Shown here: one piece after another, positions 23,245 to 36,169 of the stretch
Layout of the letters: each line of letters begins with the position of its first letter
Numbering within the stretch: position 1 is the stretch's first letter
NCBI RefSeq assembly: GCF_018350175.1
Contig: NC_058373.1
Coordinates: 116,686,001-116,750,000 of the forward strand
Direction: 5' to 3'
Source: Felis catus
Taxonomy: Eukaryota
DNA length: 64,000 bases
Made by a program: the position numbers and the translations under genes
Notes under the pieces: generated by a model
Told to the model about the DNA's origin: nothing
Databases searched by the model: none
What the model saw: only the letters and a program-made list of their open reading frames with translations

Positions 23245-23801
23245 TGATAAGGTTTTGGGGTGATGATGGGTTCAGAGCTGATGGCCAAGAAAGAATTCTT
23301 GAGACGTCTTTGGTGCAAAACAAGGCGATTTAATGAAAGCACAGGGACAGTACCTGTGGGTAGAAAGTGCTGCACTGGGGTTGTGAAGAGTGACTGGTGA
23401 TATACTGGAGTTGGGGGAGGTAAAGTCAAGAGGAAGTTTCTTAAGGGAATTTTCATATGCTAACGAAAACTCACAGGATACTGGACGCCTAGGTGTTGTA
23501 GCCTACGTGTTGTCAAGCTAAGGCTGTTTTTCCCTCTATCAAAGCATTAACGTTGCAGCAGTAGGGAGTTCTTGGATTTTAGGCTATTGATAAGATTGCC
23601 TCTTTTTTTTTTTTTTTTGTAATTGCGCTGAGATATTTGTAAACCGACAGAGACTCTTATCAGTTTAACCGTTAGTTTTCTGTCCTTTCCTTTGTTCTTG
23701 GGCAGCCAGGAGTGCCTGAGGAATGTCACATGTATCTCACCTGGGGGTGATGCTCTGCTAGCTTGTGCTTTGCTCCCAGCTTGCCTAATGCTCCCTCATC
23801 A
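23245..23801 (-). mobile_element. Solo carnivore ERV1 LTR (CarLTR1-like)
   Basis: Minus strand begins TGATGAGGGAGCATTAGGCAAGCTG and ends ...CCTTATCA; splits the L1 fragment. Confidence 0.85.
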
Positions 23802-24011
23802 CACCCCTTTCTGATCTCTTCTTACTCCTCTTCCCACCTCAGAGGTAACTATTATCCTGACTTACATAGGCGTACCTATTTTTGAACTTCATCAAATGTA
23901 ATCATACACTGTATTCTCTCATGTGTCTGTCTTCTGTCTCAACATTACGTTTGTGAGATTCATCTGTGTTGTTGCATTAGCGATGGTTCATATATATTTA
24001 TTACTGTATAG

Positions 24012-24222
24012 TAGGCAAAGTACAGCCTGTGGCTGGTTGCTTGTTTTTGTAAGTAAAGTTTTATTGGAACACCGCCATACCCATTCATTTACCTATTGCC
24101 TATCTGTGTAAATGCACTCCAGATGCAAAGTTGAGTAGTTGAAGCAGGGCACCCAGACTGTTGGTCTCAAAAGCCAAAAATATTTACTATGTTGCCCTTG
24201 CAGAAAAAGCTGACTGACCTCT
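24012..24222. mobile_element. MER58A (hAT-Charlie MITE)
   Basis: gtttttgtaagtaaagttttattggaacac...aaagccaaaaatatttactat...gcagaaaaag..gacctctg. Confidence 0.85.
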
Positions 24223-24712
24223 GCTGTATAATATTTTGCTGTGTGTAGACTCCACAATTTATTTGTTACTGAGTTTCGGTTATTACAATGAATGCTTCTT
24301 TGACTATTACTGTGTGTGTCTTTGAGGCTATGCATCTGCATTCCCTGGGAGTGGAATTGTTGGGCCACATTGTATGTTTATCTTCTGCTTTATTAGATAT
24401 CGCTCAACAGTTTTCTAGTTCACACCCCCACTAGCAGAGCATGAGAGCTGAATTGCTCTATGTCCTAAGACTTGGTATAGCCATCTTGATCAGTATGTAA
24501 TTTTATCTCATTGTGGCTTTAATATATATGGTAAATGGTAATGAATTAGGTTATGCACCTGCCTTTTCATATGCTTATTGACCATTTGGGTTATCTCCTT
24601 TAGGTGGCCTATCTTTTTGTTATTTTATCAGAGTTCTTTATATATGCTGAATGAGTCCTTTAGTAGATACATGAATTGCAAATATCTTCTTCCCTTCTGA
24701 GACTTGTACCTT

Positions 24713-24896
24713 CATTCATTCATTCATTCATTCATTTGCTTATTTATTTTTTAGAGAGAGAGAGCACTAGTCAGCCAGGGGCAGAGAGAGAGGGAGAGTG
24801 TGGAACCCGAAGTGGGGCTTGAACTCATGAACCGTGAGATTATGACCTCAGCTGAAGTCCCATGCTTAACCAATCGTGCCACCAAGGTGCTGCCCC
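24713..24896 (-). mobile_element. SINEC with an (ATTC)n tail
   Basis: TSD ctgagacttg(t/c)ac. Confidence 0.9.
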
Positions 24897-24924
24897 TGAG
24901 ACTTGCACTTTTATTCTTTTTTTA

Positions 24925-25443
24925 AAAAAACAGCACTCATTTATTATTACCACTTTCCATGGGTCAGAAGCCCAGGCATGGCTTAGTTGGATCCTCTCCT
25001 TGGAGTCTGATGCTGCTGCAAAGTGTAAGCCGAGCTGTGTCCTCATCTGAAAGCTTGGCCAGGGAAGAATCTATTACCAGCCTCATTTGAGTTGTTGGCA
25101 GAAGTCATTTCCTTGTGGCTGTTTGTGTGTGGGCCCAGCTTCTCAGTGGCCATCTGCTGGAGGCCACCCTTTGGCCCTAGAGGCTACCTGTGGTTCTCTG
25201 CCTTCTGGCTCTCTCCAAACGCAATTCCCAACGTGGTTTTTTGCTTCCTCAAGGCCAAGAGAAGGATCCCTCACTGTCTAGTCTTCTGAGACAGTCTTTT
25301 ATAGCATAATCATGGGAGTAACATCCCATCAATGTTGCCATATTCTGTTGGTTAGAAGCAAGTTACAGATCACACCTACACTTAGGGATGGAGATTATAC
25401 AAGGGTATGGATCATTGAAGGGTCAACTTAGGGTATATCCACT
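24925..25443 (-). mobile_element. MLT1 (MaLR) LTR
   Basis: ggcatggcttagttggatcctct...gttggcagaagtcatttccttgtggctgt...catattctgttggttagaagcaagttacag. Confidence 0.8.
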
Positions 25444-25629
25444 TCTTTCTTTCTGTCTGTCTCCTTATCTCCCTTCTCTCTACCCCTATTCCAAGACCAG
25501 CCAGAAATTCTGTCCTCCTTGTGTTTCTTTTTTTTTTCCTTTTCAGTGTTCTCTGTTTTTATTTAAATTTTTAATATTTTATTTATTTATTTAGTCGCTT
25601 ATTTATTTATTTATTTTTGTTTGTTTAGT

Positions 25630-26520
25630 TTTCTTATTTTTTTAAATTTACATCCATATTACTTAGCTTATAGTGCAATAATTTCAGGAATAGAATTCAG
25701 TGATTCATCACCTACATAAAACACCCAGTGCTCATCCCAACAAGTGCCCTCTTCAATGCTCCTTGCCCATTTAGCTTATCCCTCCCACCCACAACCCCTC
25801 CAGCAACCCTCAGTTTGTTCTCTGTATTTGTTTAAAAAATTTTTCAATGTTTATTTACTTTTGAGGGACAGAGAAAGACAGAGCATGAGTAGGGGAGGGG
25901 CAGAGAGAAAGGGAGGCACAGAATCCGAAGCAGGCTCCAGGTTCTGAGCTGTCAGCAACAGAGCCTGATGCAGGGCTCGAACTCATGAACCCTAAGATCA
26001 TGACCTGAGCCAAGTTTGGGTGCTTAACCAAATGAGCCACCCAGGCGCCCCTGTTCTCTGTATTTAAGAGTCTCTTTCGTTTTGTCCCCCTCTCTGTTTT
26101 TATGTTATTTGTGCTTCCCTTCCCTTATGTTCATCTGTTTTGTATCTTAAATTCCACATGAATGAAGTCATATATTTGTCTTTCTCTGACTAATTTCACT
26201 TAGCATAATACCCTCCAGTTCCATCCACGTAGTTGCAAATGGCCAGATTTTCATTCTTTGGGATTGCCGAGTAATACTCCGTTGTATATATATACCACAT
26301 CTTCTTTACCCATTCATCCATCGATGGACATTTGGGCTCTTTCCATACTTTGGCTACTGTTGATAGCACTGCTAATACACATTGGGGTTCATTCCTATAT
26401 CCTTTGGACACATGCCTAGTAGTGCAATTGCTGTGTCATAGGATAGTTCTATTTTCAATTTCCTGAGGAGCCTTCTTACTGTTTCACAGAGTGGCTGCAC
26501 CAGTTGGCATTCCCTTGCAC
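25630..26520 (-). mobile_element. Carnivore L1 3' end
   Basis: Minus-strand ORF2 C-terminus (AKVWKEPKCPSMDEWVKKMWYIYT) plus 3' UTR aacacccagtgctcatcccaacaagtgccc. Confidence 0.9.
25831..26051 (-). mobile_element. SINEC inside the L1
   Basis: TSD tgttctctgtattt. Confidence 0.95.
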
Positions 26521-26555
26521 CTTTTCTTTTAATGGTGTTTTTATTTCCGTGAACC

Positions 26556-27073
26556 TGAAGGTGATCATAATATGCCACCCCAAATTTTGCTACTTTGGCG
26601 CAAGGATTATTTTGAGTGAAGGAAACTGAGCAATAGCAGATGCAGGAAGAGTTTTCTGTCGTTCCCCTGACAATGGGGCATAAATTTCCATTTGTCAAGG
26701 TGCATCCCGTCTCTGTACCTGGAAGAGGAGAACCCTTCTTACCACTGGAGAAACTTCAGTCTGTATAATCTTACTAAACAGTCCTATCTACCATACATTT
26801 CCTGGTCATCTTCCCAGTTTATCATCCTTAGGAGCCCAATCCCCCTTTCCCTGTTTAGTCACTTCTCCACAATTTATTGCCCGTTGTTAAAATGGTATTT
26901 AAGCCCCTGAGTCAGACTGCTTCCTTGGGTTTTAACTTTTTTTCTGTGACATCCCCATGTGTGTAGAAATATTAACATAAACCTTTTCTCCTGTTAATTT
27001 GTCCTTGTTAGTTTAATTAGCAGGCCTCTAGAAACTGAACATGAGAGGGTAGAGAAAAAAATTCCTCCCTACA
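26556..27073 (+). mobile_element. Solo ERV1 LTR (MER34-like)
   Basis: TGAAGG...CCCTACA termini; tatgccaccccaaa...ggattattttgag motif; 4-bp TSD aacc/aact. Confidence 0.88.
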
Positions 27074-27903
27074 AACTAGATGCCAACAACATGGCTGAAT
27101 CTTACATACACTGAGGAAGGTGAAATTAGACATGGTATTTGTAGCTGTCCTCAGCCCTGTCAGGGCACAGCATCCCGAGGAAACATCACAGCAGAGATCG
27201 ACTTTTATGTTTTTAAGTTCTTCTTAATTAAGAGTGTGCTTTGCTGTATTGTTATTTGTCCTGAGGTCTGAATAGAGAAAAAGTTCTCATCTTTCATTTT
27301 CAAATATTCACAGCCTTTCCAGGGTTGTAGAGTCCCTAGTTGTGTGGGTGTGTTTCTTTAGCGTTCTGTGGTATGCTGAATATTCAAAGTGTTAATAAAC
27401 ACGCAGTATCAAATATTTGAATCCACTTTGTGTATTTTTTCTGAGAACTCTTCCCTCATGTCTCTGAGTTTAGAAATTTAGAAATTAATTGAAGCTGATT
27501 TATCTAACTTTAATTTGCAGTGATGTGAGTAGTGTTTTCTAAGGGTAGACTACATGGTTTTTGAGATCCTTTTAATAATTCCGTTTTTGTTTCAGTTTTA
27601 CAGATAGCAGTCCAAGGCAATATTAGTTGATTAAAATGTATTTAGCTTGTTTGACGATAGATGCAGATGATTTGAACTTGAAAATATTGAGAGATACTCT
27701 AATACTACAGATGTTTTCTCTGACTTCTAATTTAAATGCAGCTGCCTACTTGCAAAGGCTGGTTTGTCTCTTTCAGAAAAACGATGAAACTTTTTTTTTT
27801 TTTGCAACTATTTTATTTTAGTGAAATTTCTTTTGTACTTAGCTGTTGTTTTCCTGTTTTTGAACTGTTTTCTCACTATTTTATATTTTTCTTTTCTTTT
27901 CAG

Positions 27904-27962
27904 GTTATTCATTGTTAATGTGAATGATGTTTAAATTTCTGCAGCCATGACACAAGAATATA
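27904..27962 (+). other. Candidate 59-nt host-gene exon (5' UTR, possibly with a start codon, MTQEY, phase 1)
   Basis: Branch-like ctcac, long polypyrimidine tract ttttatatttttcttttcttttcAG, donor TA|GTAAGT; GCAGCCATG at 27947; non-repetitive flanks. Confidence 0.6.
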
Positions 27963-28204
27963 GTAAGTGCTATCCTGTACTTCCTATGACCTACCTGCTT
28001 TAAAATGAGTTGACTTTGTGTCTTTAAGTTGGAGCAGTGGAAATACAGAAATGTTTTTTTTTAATCTACTTTTCTCAAAGGGATCAATTCATTTGGTCGT
28101 CTGCTTTTTGAGTCTATAGCCATATATATAAATTCCTAACGACAGTGATTAATTTCATCTTCAGACGAACACAGTATTGTTCAGGCTGTTCCCAGTAAAT
28201 ATCA

Positions 28205-28676
28205 GCAGAGCAGACATTAGGGTTGGATCCGTATCCTACATCCCATTTATCTCCCGTGTAGGAGCTCCAGGGTAGGCCCCGTTAGAGGCAGTCCCATCCC
28301 TGCTTTGTCCATGAGTGACTCCTCAGCCAGTGTTGGCTGTTACCTGGAGGGAAGGATGGTTTCAGGAACGGCCCAGTAATCCTGCCCTGGCAGATGAGAC
28401 TCCTGGGCAGGTCTGCCAGGAACTTCTGGCAGAAGTCGTCTCATACTTAAAACAGGGCTAGAGGAAGAGCCTGCCGCTCTCTCTCTCTCTTCCTCTGGAT
28501 GTTGTTATGTGCTGGCATGAGATCTGCTGTGGCTGCAGCCTGAGCAAGAAGCCACACAGGGTGGAGGACAGAGAAGCAAGCCCCGAGGCCTCCAGAAGTC
28601 CAGGCCTTTGAGCCAGTGCATTTCCTTTTTGTTTAAGCCAGTTTACGTTGGGAGCCAAAACATCCTAAGTGATTCA
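28205..28676 (+). mobile_element. MLT1 (MaLR) LTR, MLT1J/K-like
   Basis: 3' end tttcctttttgtttaagccagtt...agccaaaacatcctaagtgattca; ttcctctggatgttgt. Confidence 0.75.
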
Positions 28677-29084
28677 CTTAAACTCCATTTTATTTTTAGT
28701 AATCCATTAGTTTCTCCCTGGGGAATGTGGGAGTAATTGCAAAGCAAGGCAAAATAATACCATTAAATTAAACTGGCAGGGCGTGCTGGTGTTGACTGGC
28801 ATCCTCGGGCGGCACCCTCTTCCCTCTCAACAGTTAACAGATAGAGTGATTTAGTATTCAAAGACGGGAGAATAAAATCTATCGCTTTCACTGTCTCTTT
28901 TCCCTCCGGAAGGTTTTGCCTTGTAATCAACCCACTTGGGCTGTGAACTCTGAAGAGGGTCTTGGTCTGCCCGCCTGAAACCAGCTCCTTGTGTAGGTGC
29001 ATACTTGGCGGTGTGGACCTGCTCTGTGTGTCTTACAACCACCTGTGGTCAAATTTCTGATTCCTTGTTTGAAAAGTTGATAGT

Positions 29085-29298
29085 GGGGCGCCTGGGTGGC
29101 TCAGTCAGTTGGGCGTCCGACTTCAGCTCAGGTCATGATCTCATAGTCTGTGAGTTCGAGCCCCGCGTCGGGCTCTGTGCTGACAGCTCGGAGCCTGGAG
29201 CCTGCTTCGGATTCTGTGTCTCCCTCTCTCTCTGCCCCTCCCCTGCTCATGCTCTGTCTCTCTCTGTCTGAAAAATGAATAAAAACATTAAAAAAAAA
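29085..29298 (+). mobile_element. SINEC_Fc-type SINE
   Basis: TSD aaaagttgat. Confidence 0.96.
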
Positions 29299-29728
29299 GT
29301 TGATGTGAATATTTCAGATATAAAAACAATAGCATCAGGAATAATACAACAAATACCCATATGTACTTTCCTACAATACCCTGGAGAAATGGAATATTTG
29401 CCGATTCTGTGGTGCAGTTAAACATCCAGGGTAATGCGCCCTAACAGCAGTGCCTTTCTCTACCTCCAAGGAACCACTGTCCTGATTTTATTCTTTCTTT
29501 TTCTCATGCATTTTTGTCTGTGCCTTTATCACATTTGTGTAATACAACTTTTTGTATGCTTTTTAACTTCAGGTAAATGTAGATACTGTATGCATTTGTT
29601 CTTTAAAATCACAGAGGAGTTGAGAGTAAATTCAGGATCGTGGCAAGAGGCTACAGATTTGTTCTGAGACACTTGTCAAAAGATCTTTTATTACTAGATG
29701 TCTTAGTGATCTATAATAAATCAGTTTA

Positions 29729-29929
29729 GGGGTGCCTGGATGGCTCAGTCGGTTAAGCGTCTGACTCTCGATTTTGGCTCAGGTCATGATCTCACGGTTT
29801 GTGAGTTCGAGCCCTGCGTGGGGCTCTGCGCTGACAGTGGGGAGCCTGCTTGGGGTTCTCTCTCTCCCTTTCTCTCTGCCCCTCCTCGGCTCGCTCGCTT
29901 GCTCTCTCAAAATGAACGTTTAAAAAAAA
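29729..29929 (+). mobile_element. SINEC
   Basis: Head, CT tract, A tail. Confidence 0.94.
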
Positions 29930-31096
29930 ATGTGTTAGACTTTAAATTGTGGAGTTTAATCAACATGTAGACAGCTTTTTATCTTGGTTTCTGTAATTTG
30001 GGGTTTGGTTTGCTGCTGAGTTCCTTTTCTTCACCTGCTTCTGCACCCCTGTGCCCCTCTGGCATGTGCGGGATCAACTGGGTCATGACTGGGCTTTTCA
30101 GAGTATATTGTTTGTTTCTTTATTTAAGTAGCTCTAATCATCCCGCGGTCTGAGTGCGTGCTTTTGGCCACCTTAGGTAAATGTGCATTTTCCTGCCATC
30201 GTGCCTGCTGAGTTTACTTCTGTGCTTTCTAAACTGTTGGTTCGTTTGTTGTACTGGTGGCAGCAGTTCTGGGAGAGGCACCCACACCTATGAACAGGTT
30301 GGGAAACACGGTATGTACTTTGGAACATAGTACCGCAGTCACTTGTTCTGTCTCGTTCTTTCTTTTGGTGTCCCAACTGGAGTCTTAGAGATCATTTTGT
30401 AGCATGCTTGTCTGAAATACATCTTCGGTCATTTAACTTCTGCAGTCAAATAACTCTTTCTTTTGCTCTTGGAGAATTCATATTACCCCTTATTCTTGTT
30501 TGGAATGTGGCCTCCACAGAACTGAATAGTCACTTCCATTCAGAGATCATTAATCCTTTCAATTTGGGGGCATAATTACTGGTAAAGTGTCAGAGGAAGA
30601 TTTATGACCATCAGAAGAGAATTTCTGCCCCCTCCTCCACCCAAGGATGTTATTTTTGTTTAAATGTTTAACATGTGGGGGGGGAGAAAAAGTAAGCTCA
30701 AAAGATATTTTCTCCTCAATTCATGTATGTTGTATACATGTTACAGAAAGGAAAACAGTAACATCTTTTGTTGAAATAAAATCGGAGGTTTGTGTGCTAG
30801 GTGCGTGCGTTTTTCTGTTGTCAAAAGAATGGGTCCTTCTTTTAATTTTATTTAAATGTAACTATCTATAGCTTTTTTTTTTCCCTCCAGTGTGGGCCCA
30901 GGATCTTAAATTAAAATGTTGCCAATGTGAGAAGATTATAGCCATCAATGGAAACACCCAATCAATGAGGGCCCTTGTAAAAAGAGCTACTCTTCTACTG
31001 GAAGACCAGATTTCAAGATAGTGCACCATATTGTATGTTATGCCAAATATAAACACAATAAATGTGAGATATTTAAAATATAATCTTATAGTATGT

Positions 31097-31308
31097 TTTT
31101 TAAAATATTTATTTAGTTTTGAGAGAGAGAGAGAGAGAGAGCAGGGAAGGGGGGCAGAGAGAGAGAGGGAGACAGAGAATCCCAAGCAGGCTCTGCACTG
31201 TTGGTGCAGTGCCCAATGTAGGGCTTGAACCCGGGAACCCTGAGATCATGCCCTGAGTCGAAACCAGGAGTCTAATGCTTTAATTGACTGAGCCACCCAG
31301 GCGCCCCC
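31097..31308 (-). mobile_element. SINEC
   Basis: Full SINE with (GA)n. Confidence 0.93.
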
Positions 31309-31430
31309 GATAGTGTTTTATATGCATTTTCTTATTTTAAGAATTTAGTGTTACAGTGCTTTTTAAGGGAAGAAGACTGTTGAAATTTTTCTTTGAGAAA
31401 TCAGTACTGTGAACTGATGTTTTTGGTCGT

Positions 31431-31462
31431 GCGTGTGTGTGTGTGTGTATGTGTGTGTGTGT
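31431..31462. repeat. Interrupted (GT)n microsatellite
   Basis: Seen directly. Confidence 0.9.
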
Positions 31463-33860
31463 ATGTAATGACATCTTATTTGTTTTTTTTATATAAAGGG
31501 ATTTGTAGACTTGGCTTGATTTTATACCTCAAAATGAAATGGTGCCTTTGTGGGGGATGGTCCACGGGGCTGAGAGAACTGCTAGACAATGAGTCAGACG
31601 TGTAATTGGGTCTTGCTCTCCGCACCCTTGTTGACTTGAAAGCACTGGCCATAGACCATTTAGTCTGGGAAAGCAATACATGAATCATCTAAATTGGCAC
31701 AAATTATTTGGAATGCTACTAAATGTTTTCTGCTCTTTATTCTGATTGAGGGAATGAGAAAGGGAGACTTGTTCTTTGAGTTTGAAAGTCCTCTAGAGGA
31801 TACATATACATTTATGGAAGCAGATTTCTTTCCTAAATAGAATGGAAGGCAGTTGAATCTTTGACATTTGTATGACAGTTTCAATTTTGTGGGTTTGTTT
31901 TAGAATATTCCTCCAAGCTCTATATATCCTTACCTTTATGAAGAAGGTGGTGAACTGTTGCCTGTTAGGAAGGGGAATCCGGGGGTGCTGTCTTGCTGTC
32001 TGAAGCCTCAGCTTAACCTCCACAGCACAACTGGGGTAAGGGGAGAATCCTGCAAGTTTATGTTGTGTTTATTTTGTTTCCTCCTGACTTGTCCCACTCA
32101 TCAGTATCTCGCATATTTAGGATGGAATTTTGTTCCCCCTTTCTTCCCTTTCTCAAAATGAAGGGTCAGTAGACTTGTTGAGACCTATTAGGCATCTGGC
32201 AATGGAAGTGGGTGAAAACCATTTTTTTATCTTCACTAGATAATAAGTGTACTTTGTTTCAGTGTATTTTATAGCAAAAACTTTAAAATAATCATATTCG
32301 TTTTAAAGTAGAGGACATTTATGAGTCATTTAGGTTAAAGATAAAATGAAGACTTTCTTTATATAGAAGGTAAGCCTTTAATTAGTTCTTTTTGTCGTTG
32401 GGGGTGGGAGTTTCTCTGACGATACATTAGGGGTCTTGCCCAGCACTTTCTGTCTTACGTATCTGCTCTGAAGAGAAAAAGAAGCAGATTTTTCTAATCT
32501 ATAGCGAAAAGACAAGATTTTTGACTTGTAATGTGCGTTGACTTTGAAACATGGATAAATCTTCATTTTTGTTTTGGAATATATGTGAGTGGGCATCTCA
32601 TAAGAATGCATCTTCTGACAGGAAGTAGAAGAAAGCCATAGCTCACCATGTAATTTTGTATTTTGCAGGCGTAACTACTGTTTTGTGTCTGTGGCCAGTG
32701 TGTACAAGCATATGAGTCAGATTGTTTTTGTTCATCTAGGGCATTGCTCTCTGTTAGACATTGCCACATTCATTTTGGGGTTGTTGAAAATCAGGTGTTC
32801 AAATTATAAAATTATTGTCAGCACTTCTACTGAATTAAGTTGATAGATTTTAGAATGAGTTTCCAAGAAACTGGTAAAGTATTTCATGAATCCCCTTGAC
32901 AAAATTATGTATTATGTGGTTAGTGCAGCTTTTTTCCCTAATACAAATCACAGAAACCTTTGTATAGCGATTTAGGTTATGTTTATGAAGAGTGCCCCTT
33001 CTAAGAACTGTGATTCTGTTTGTCGCAGGGACTTGTTTATGACCCAATTAACCTTTCACGTCATCTCTTTTCGCAGTTAGGAGCCAAGAGACCATGCCTC
33101 AGTACCAAATACAAATCAGCCAACCCTATTGCCTTTGGTTTGCATATTGTATAAATAATTGGGTCATTAGCCAATACCTAAACAGAGGGGCATGAAAAGT
33201 ATATCTCTGGTGGGAATTTAACATCACTTGATGGCTTCTAGATTACTTTGTGTAAATTATTTCTTCCATGGCAGTCAGTACCTCTTGTTTAATGGGTGCA
33301 GTGATTTGTAAGACCTCAGTCAGGAATTCCAAAGTTCTTAATGAGTGTAAAACTGCCTAAAGGAGTTGTATGTTTGATTCTGTCCTATCTCCCTCAGGAG
33401 CAAATGCCTTCTAACGTGGTGCAAACGAAATCTCAGTTTTCTGAGTGAATGCTAATCCCTGATGAAAACTTCCCATCTCTATCTCTCTCTCTTTTTTTTC
33501 TTCTCAGATCAATTAAATAGAATTAGTCTGCTCTGTGGGGTTAGGGGCCCCTTCTCTAATCTGGAGAGCTCTGCTAACCCGTGTGGAAAGGTAGACCAGC
33601 TGTTTCTATATCTGTCTGGATATTTGACCCCATCCCTAAAATTTGATAATGTGCCCACTGTACTTCATGAAGGCCTCAGGTAAAGAGGGAGTTGCCAGAA
33701 GGTAGCCACACTCTGCAAGTGAATGGAGCTTATTGCTTGTAAAGATGTCGGCCAGGGCCCAGCATTAATTGCTGCTATAATTTGATTCTTTCATTGTATT
33801 TCGATGATGTTTTGGAATAGCATCCTTTCAGTTGTATTTGTCCAAAGCATCAAAAAATCT

Positions 33861-33863
33861 TTC

Positions 33864-33906
<43 letters not shown>

Positions 33907-33976
33907 TTCTTTTCTTTTCTTTTCTTCTCTTCTCTTCTCTTCTCTTCTCTTCTCTTCTCTTCTCTTCTCTTCTCTT

Positions 33977-34036
<60 letters not shown>
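33861..34036. repeat. Compound microsatellite (CTTT)n-(CTTTT)n-(CTTCT)n-(CT)n
   Basis: About 175 bp of pure pyrimidine in the tail position of a short SINE. Confidence 0.97.
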
Positions 34037-34039
<3 letters not shown>

Positions 34040-34042
<3 letters not shown>

Positions 34043-34144
34043 ATCTATGTATTTCAGTCATCTCTATGCCCAGGGTGGGGCTTGAACTCACAACCCTGAG
34101 ATCAAGAGTCACATGCTCCTCTGACTGAGCCAGCCAGGCGCCCC
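34040..34144 (-). mobile_element. Short tRNA-like SINEC head
   Basis: ggggcttgaactcacaaccctgagatcaagagtcacatgctc...gagccagccaggcgcccc. Confidence 0.88.
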
Positions 34145-34199
34145 AAGAAAGTCTCTTTTAATTCTGTCTCCCAGCACATTAAAAAAAAAAAAATACTGT

Positions 34200-34400
34200 T
34201 AAGACTCTTAAATATAGAGCACAAACCGAGGGTCTCTGGAGGGGTTGTGGGTGGGAGGATGGGCTAAATGGGCAAGGGGCATTAAGGAGGACATCCGTTG
34301 GGATGAGCACTGTGTTATATGTAGGGCATGAATCACTGGAATCTATTCCTGAAATCATTATTGTACTATATGTTAACTGGGATGTAAATTAAAAAAAAGA
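34200..34400 (+). mobile_element. 5'-truncated carnivore L1 3' UTR
   Basis: gggcattaaggaggacat...gggatgagcactg...gaatcactggaatcta plus A tail; TSD-like aaaaa(g)aatact. Confidence 0.88.
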
Positions 34401-34728
34401 ATACTTCATAAAAATATACATACTTGGGAAAATGTAAAAAACAGATAAACATAAAGATGAAAATGAGAACCATCTAGAATTTTACTATCTAGAAGTAGCT
34501 GTTATTGACATTGGCGAATAATGTGTTCTCCTAGAACACAGAGTACACCATTAAAGCGGGGATAAAACCCTTACTGATGAAGGACTGACGGAAGGTTGTG
34601 TGGCACGCAGACACTCTGGCATACCTATATATGGTATGTGTCAAATCTGTTGTCATCTAAACTGCAGCAAGTATTTATTTCTACAGGTTGTCACCATTTC
34701 GTCATAGGATACGGAGACAGCCTCTTTA

Positions 34729-34968
34729 TTTTTTTATTTTTTATTTTTTTTAATTATTTTTTTTTCAACGTTTATTTATTTTTGGGACAGAGAGAGACAG
34801 AGCATGAACGGGGGAGGGGCAGAGAGAGAGGGAGACACAGAATCGGAAACAGGCTCCAGGCTCTGAGCCGTCAGCCCAGAGCCTGACGCGGGGCTCGAAC
34901 TCACGGAGCGCGAGATCATGACCTGGCTGAAGTCGGCCGCTTAACCGACTGCGCCACCCAGGCGCCCC
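34729..34968 (-). mobile_element. Young SINEC_Fc
   Basis: TSD gagacagcctcttta (34714-34728 / 34972-34986). Confidence 0.97.
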
Positions 34969-35934
34969 AAAGAGACAGCCTCTTTAAAGAGAAGTGGAAC
35001 AGCCCTACTGGTTATCTTTCGTCACCATTGATTTTTAGGGAGAGATTTTCATGAGCAGGGCATGCTTTTCTCTGTAGGTGGGAGTTTTTGTGTTGTTGTT
35101 TTTTTCTAAGTGAAGGAGTATTTGAAATAAGCTGCTACATAGAAAGAGTAGAAGAACGGTATGCTTTTAAAAGAAATATATTCTGCCCCCCTGATGGAAA
35201 GGAGAGAAAAGTCGAACAACCGAAGGCTGTGTGTGGTAATGCCTCAGAGATAACTGAATGTCATAGTCTGTCCTGGGCTTTCTTTGTTTCATGTGGCGTA
35301 TCTGTCTCCTGGCACATCCCCGAGTGCTGTGCCTCTTCTCTCTGCCCCCTCCCCTGTCCCGTGACAGCTACACACAACTTAGCAGCTCCACATTGCAGAA
35401 GTTTGGAGTTCTGCACTGACTCAGACCTTTGATTGTCCCACTTCCTGCTTCAGTTTACGATAACTTGGGTTATTGTCTGGTTTTCAGATCATCGCACCAC
35501 AAAAACTCCAGCAACAGACATCTCCCTGGATCTGAAAGTATTTGTCCTCTGTGGTGTCGTGATAGTTTCTGAGCATTTGCTTGCTGTCCTCGTTGTCTGA
35601 GGCTCAAAATAACTTGGTATGCCACAGCCCTCTCAGCGTCCAATGGGCTGCTTTAAGCGTCCTTAACTGAGGCATTCTCCATGAGCAGTGATGCGCTTCA
35701 ACCAGTTGGCCAGTAACGACCCCCACGGTTTCTTGTCCTGAGGCCACTGTGGTGTAAACAGAGCAAGTGATGAGAGCTTTGTCCTCTAGCCTCTCTTCCA
35801 AGTAAAGAGTGTAGGAGTTGTTTGAAAGGAAGTCTGCGTTTTGTGGTATCATTCAGTTTTGGCGTTGTGTCTGTTTAAATTTTAGCCTGGAATTCTTCGG
35901 GAGACTCCACCCCTGGAAGAAAGTGAGGATTTTA

Positions 35935-36169
35935 TTTATTTATTTTTTTTAAGTTTTTTTTTCAACGTTTATTTTTTTATTTTTGGGACAGAGAGAGACA
36001 GAGCATGAACGGGGGAGGGGCAGAGAGAGAGGGAGACACAGAATCGGAAACAGGCTCCAGGCTCCGAGCCATCAGCCCAGAGCCTGACGCGGGGCTCGAA
36101 CCCACGGACCGCGAGATCGTGACCTGGCTGAAGCCGGACGCTTAACCGACTGTGCCACCCAGGCGCCCC
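35935..36169 (-). mobile_element. Young SINEC_Fc
   Basis: Perfect 17-bp TSD agaaagtgaggatttta. Confidence 0.97.

Larger units (their letters stand above)
23100..24700 (-). mobile_element. Old L1 (L1ME/MC-like) 3' region, interrupted by an LTR and MER58
   Basis: cagaggtaactattatcctgactt, tttgtgagattcatctgtgttgttgca, ggagtggaattgttgggcca. Confidence 0.7.

Noticed and set aside
27947..27962. GRHL1 assignment, because GRHL1 starts MTQEYD
   Set aside because: The next codon begins with A so it cannot be Asp, the exon is internal and AT-rich with no CpG island, and no other GRHL1-like exon is seen; five residues are not enough
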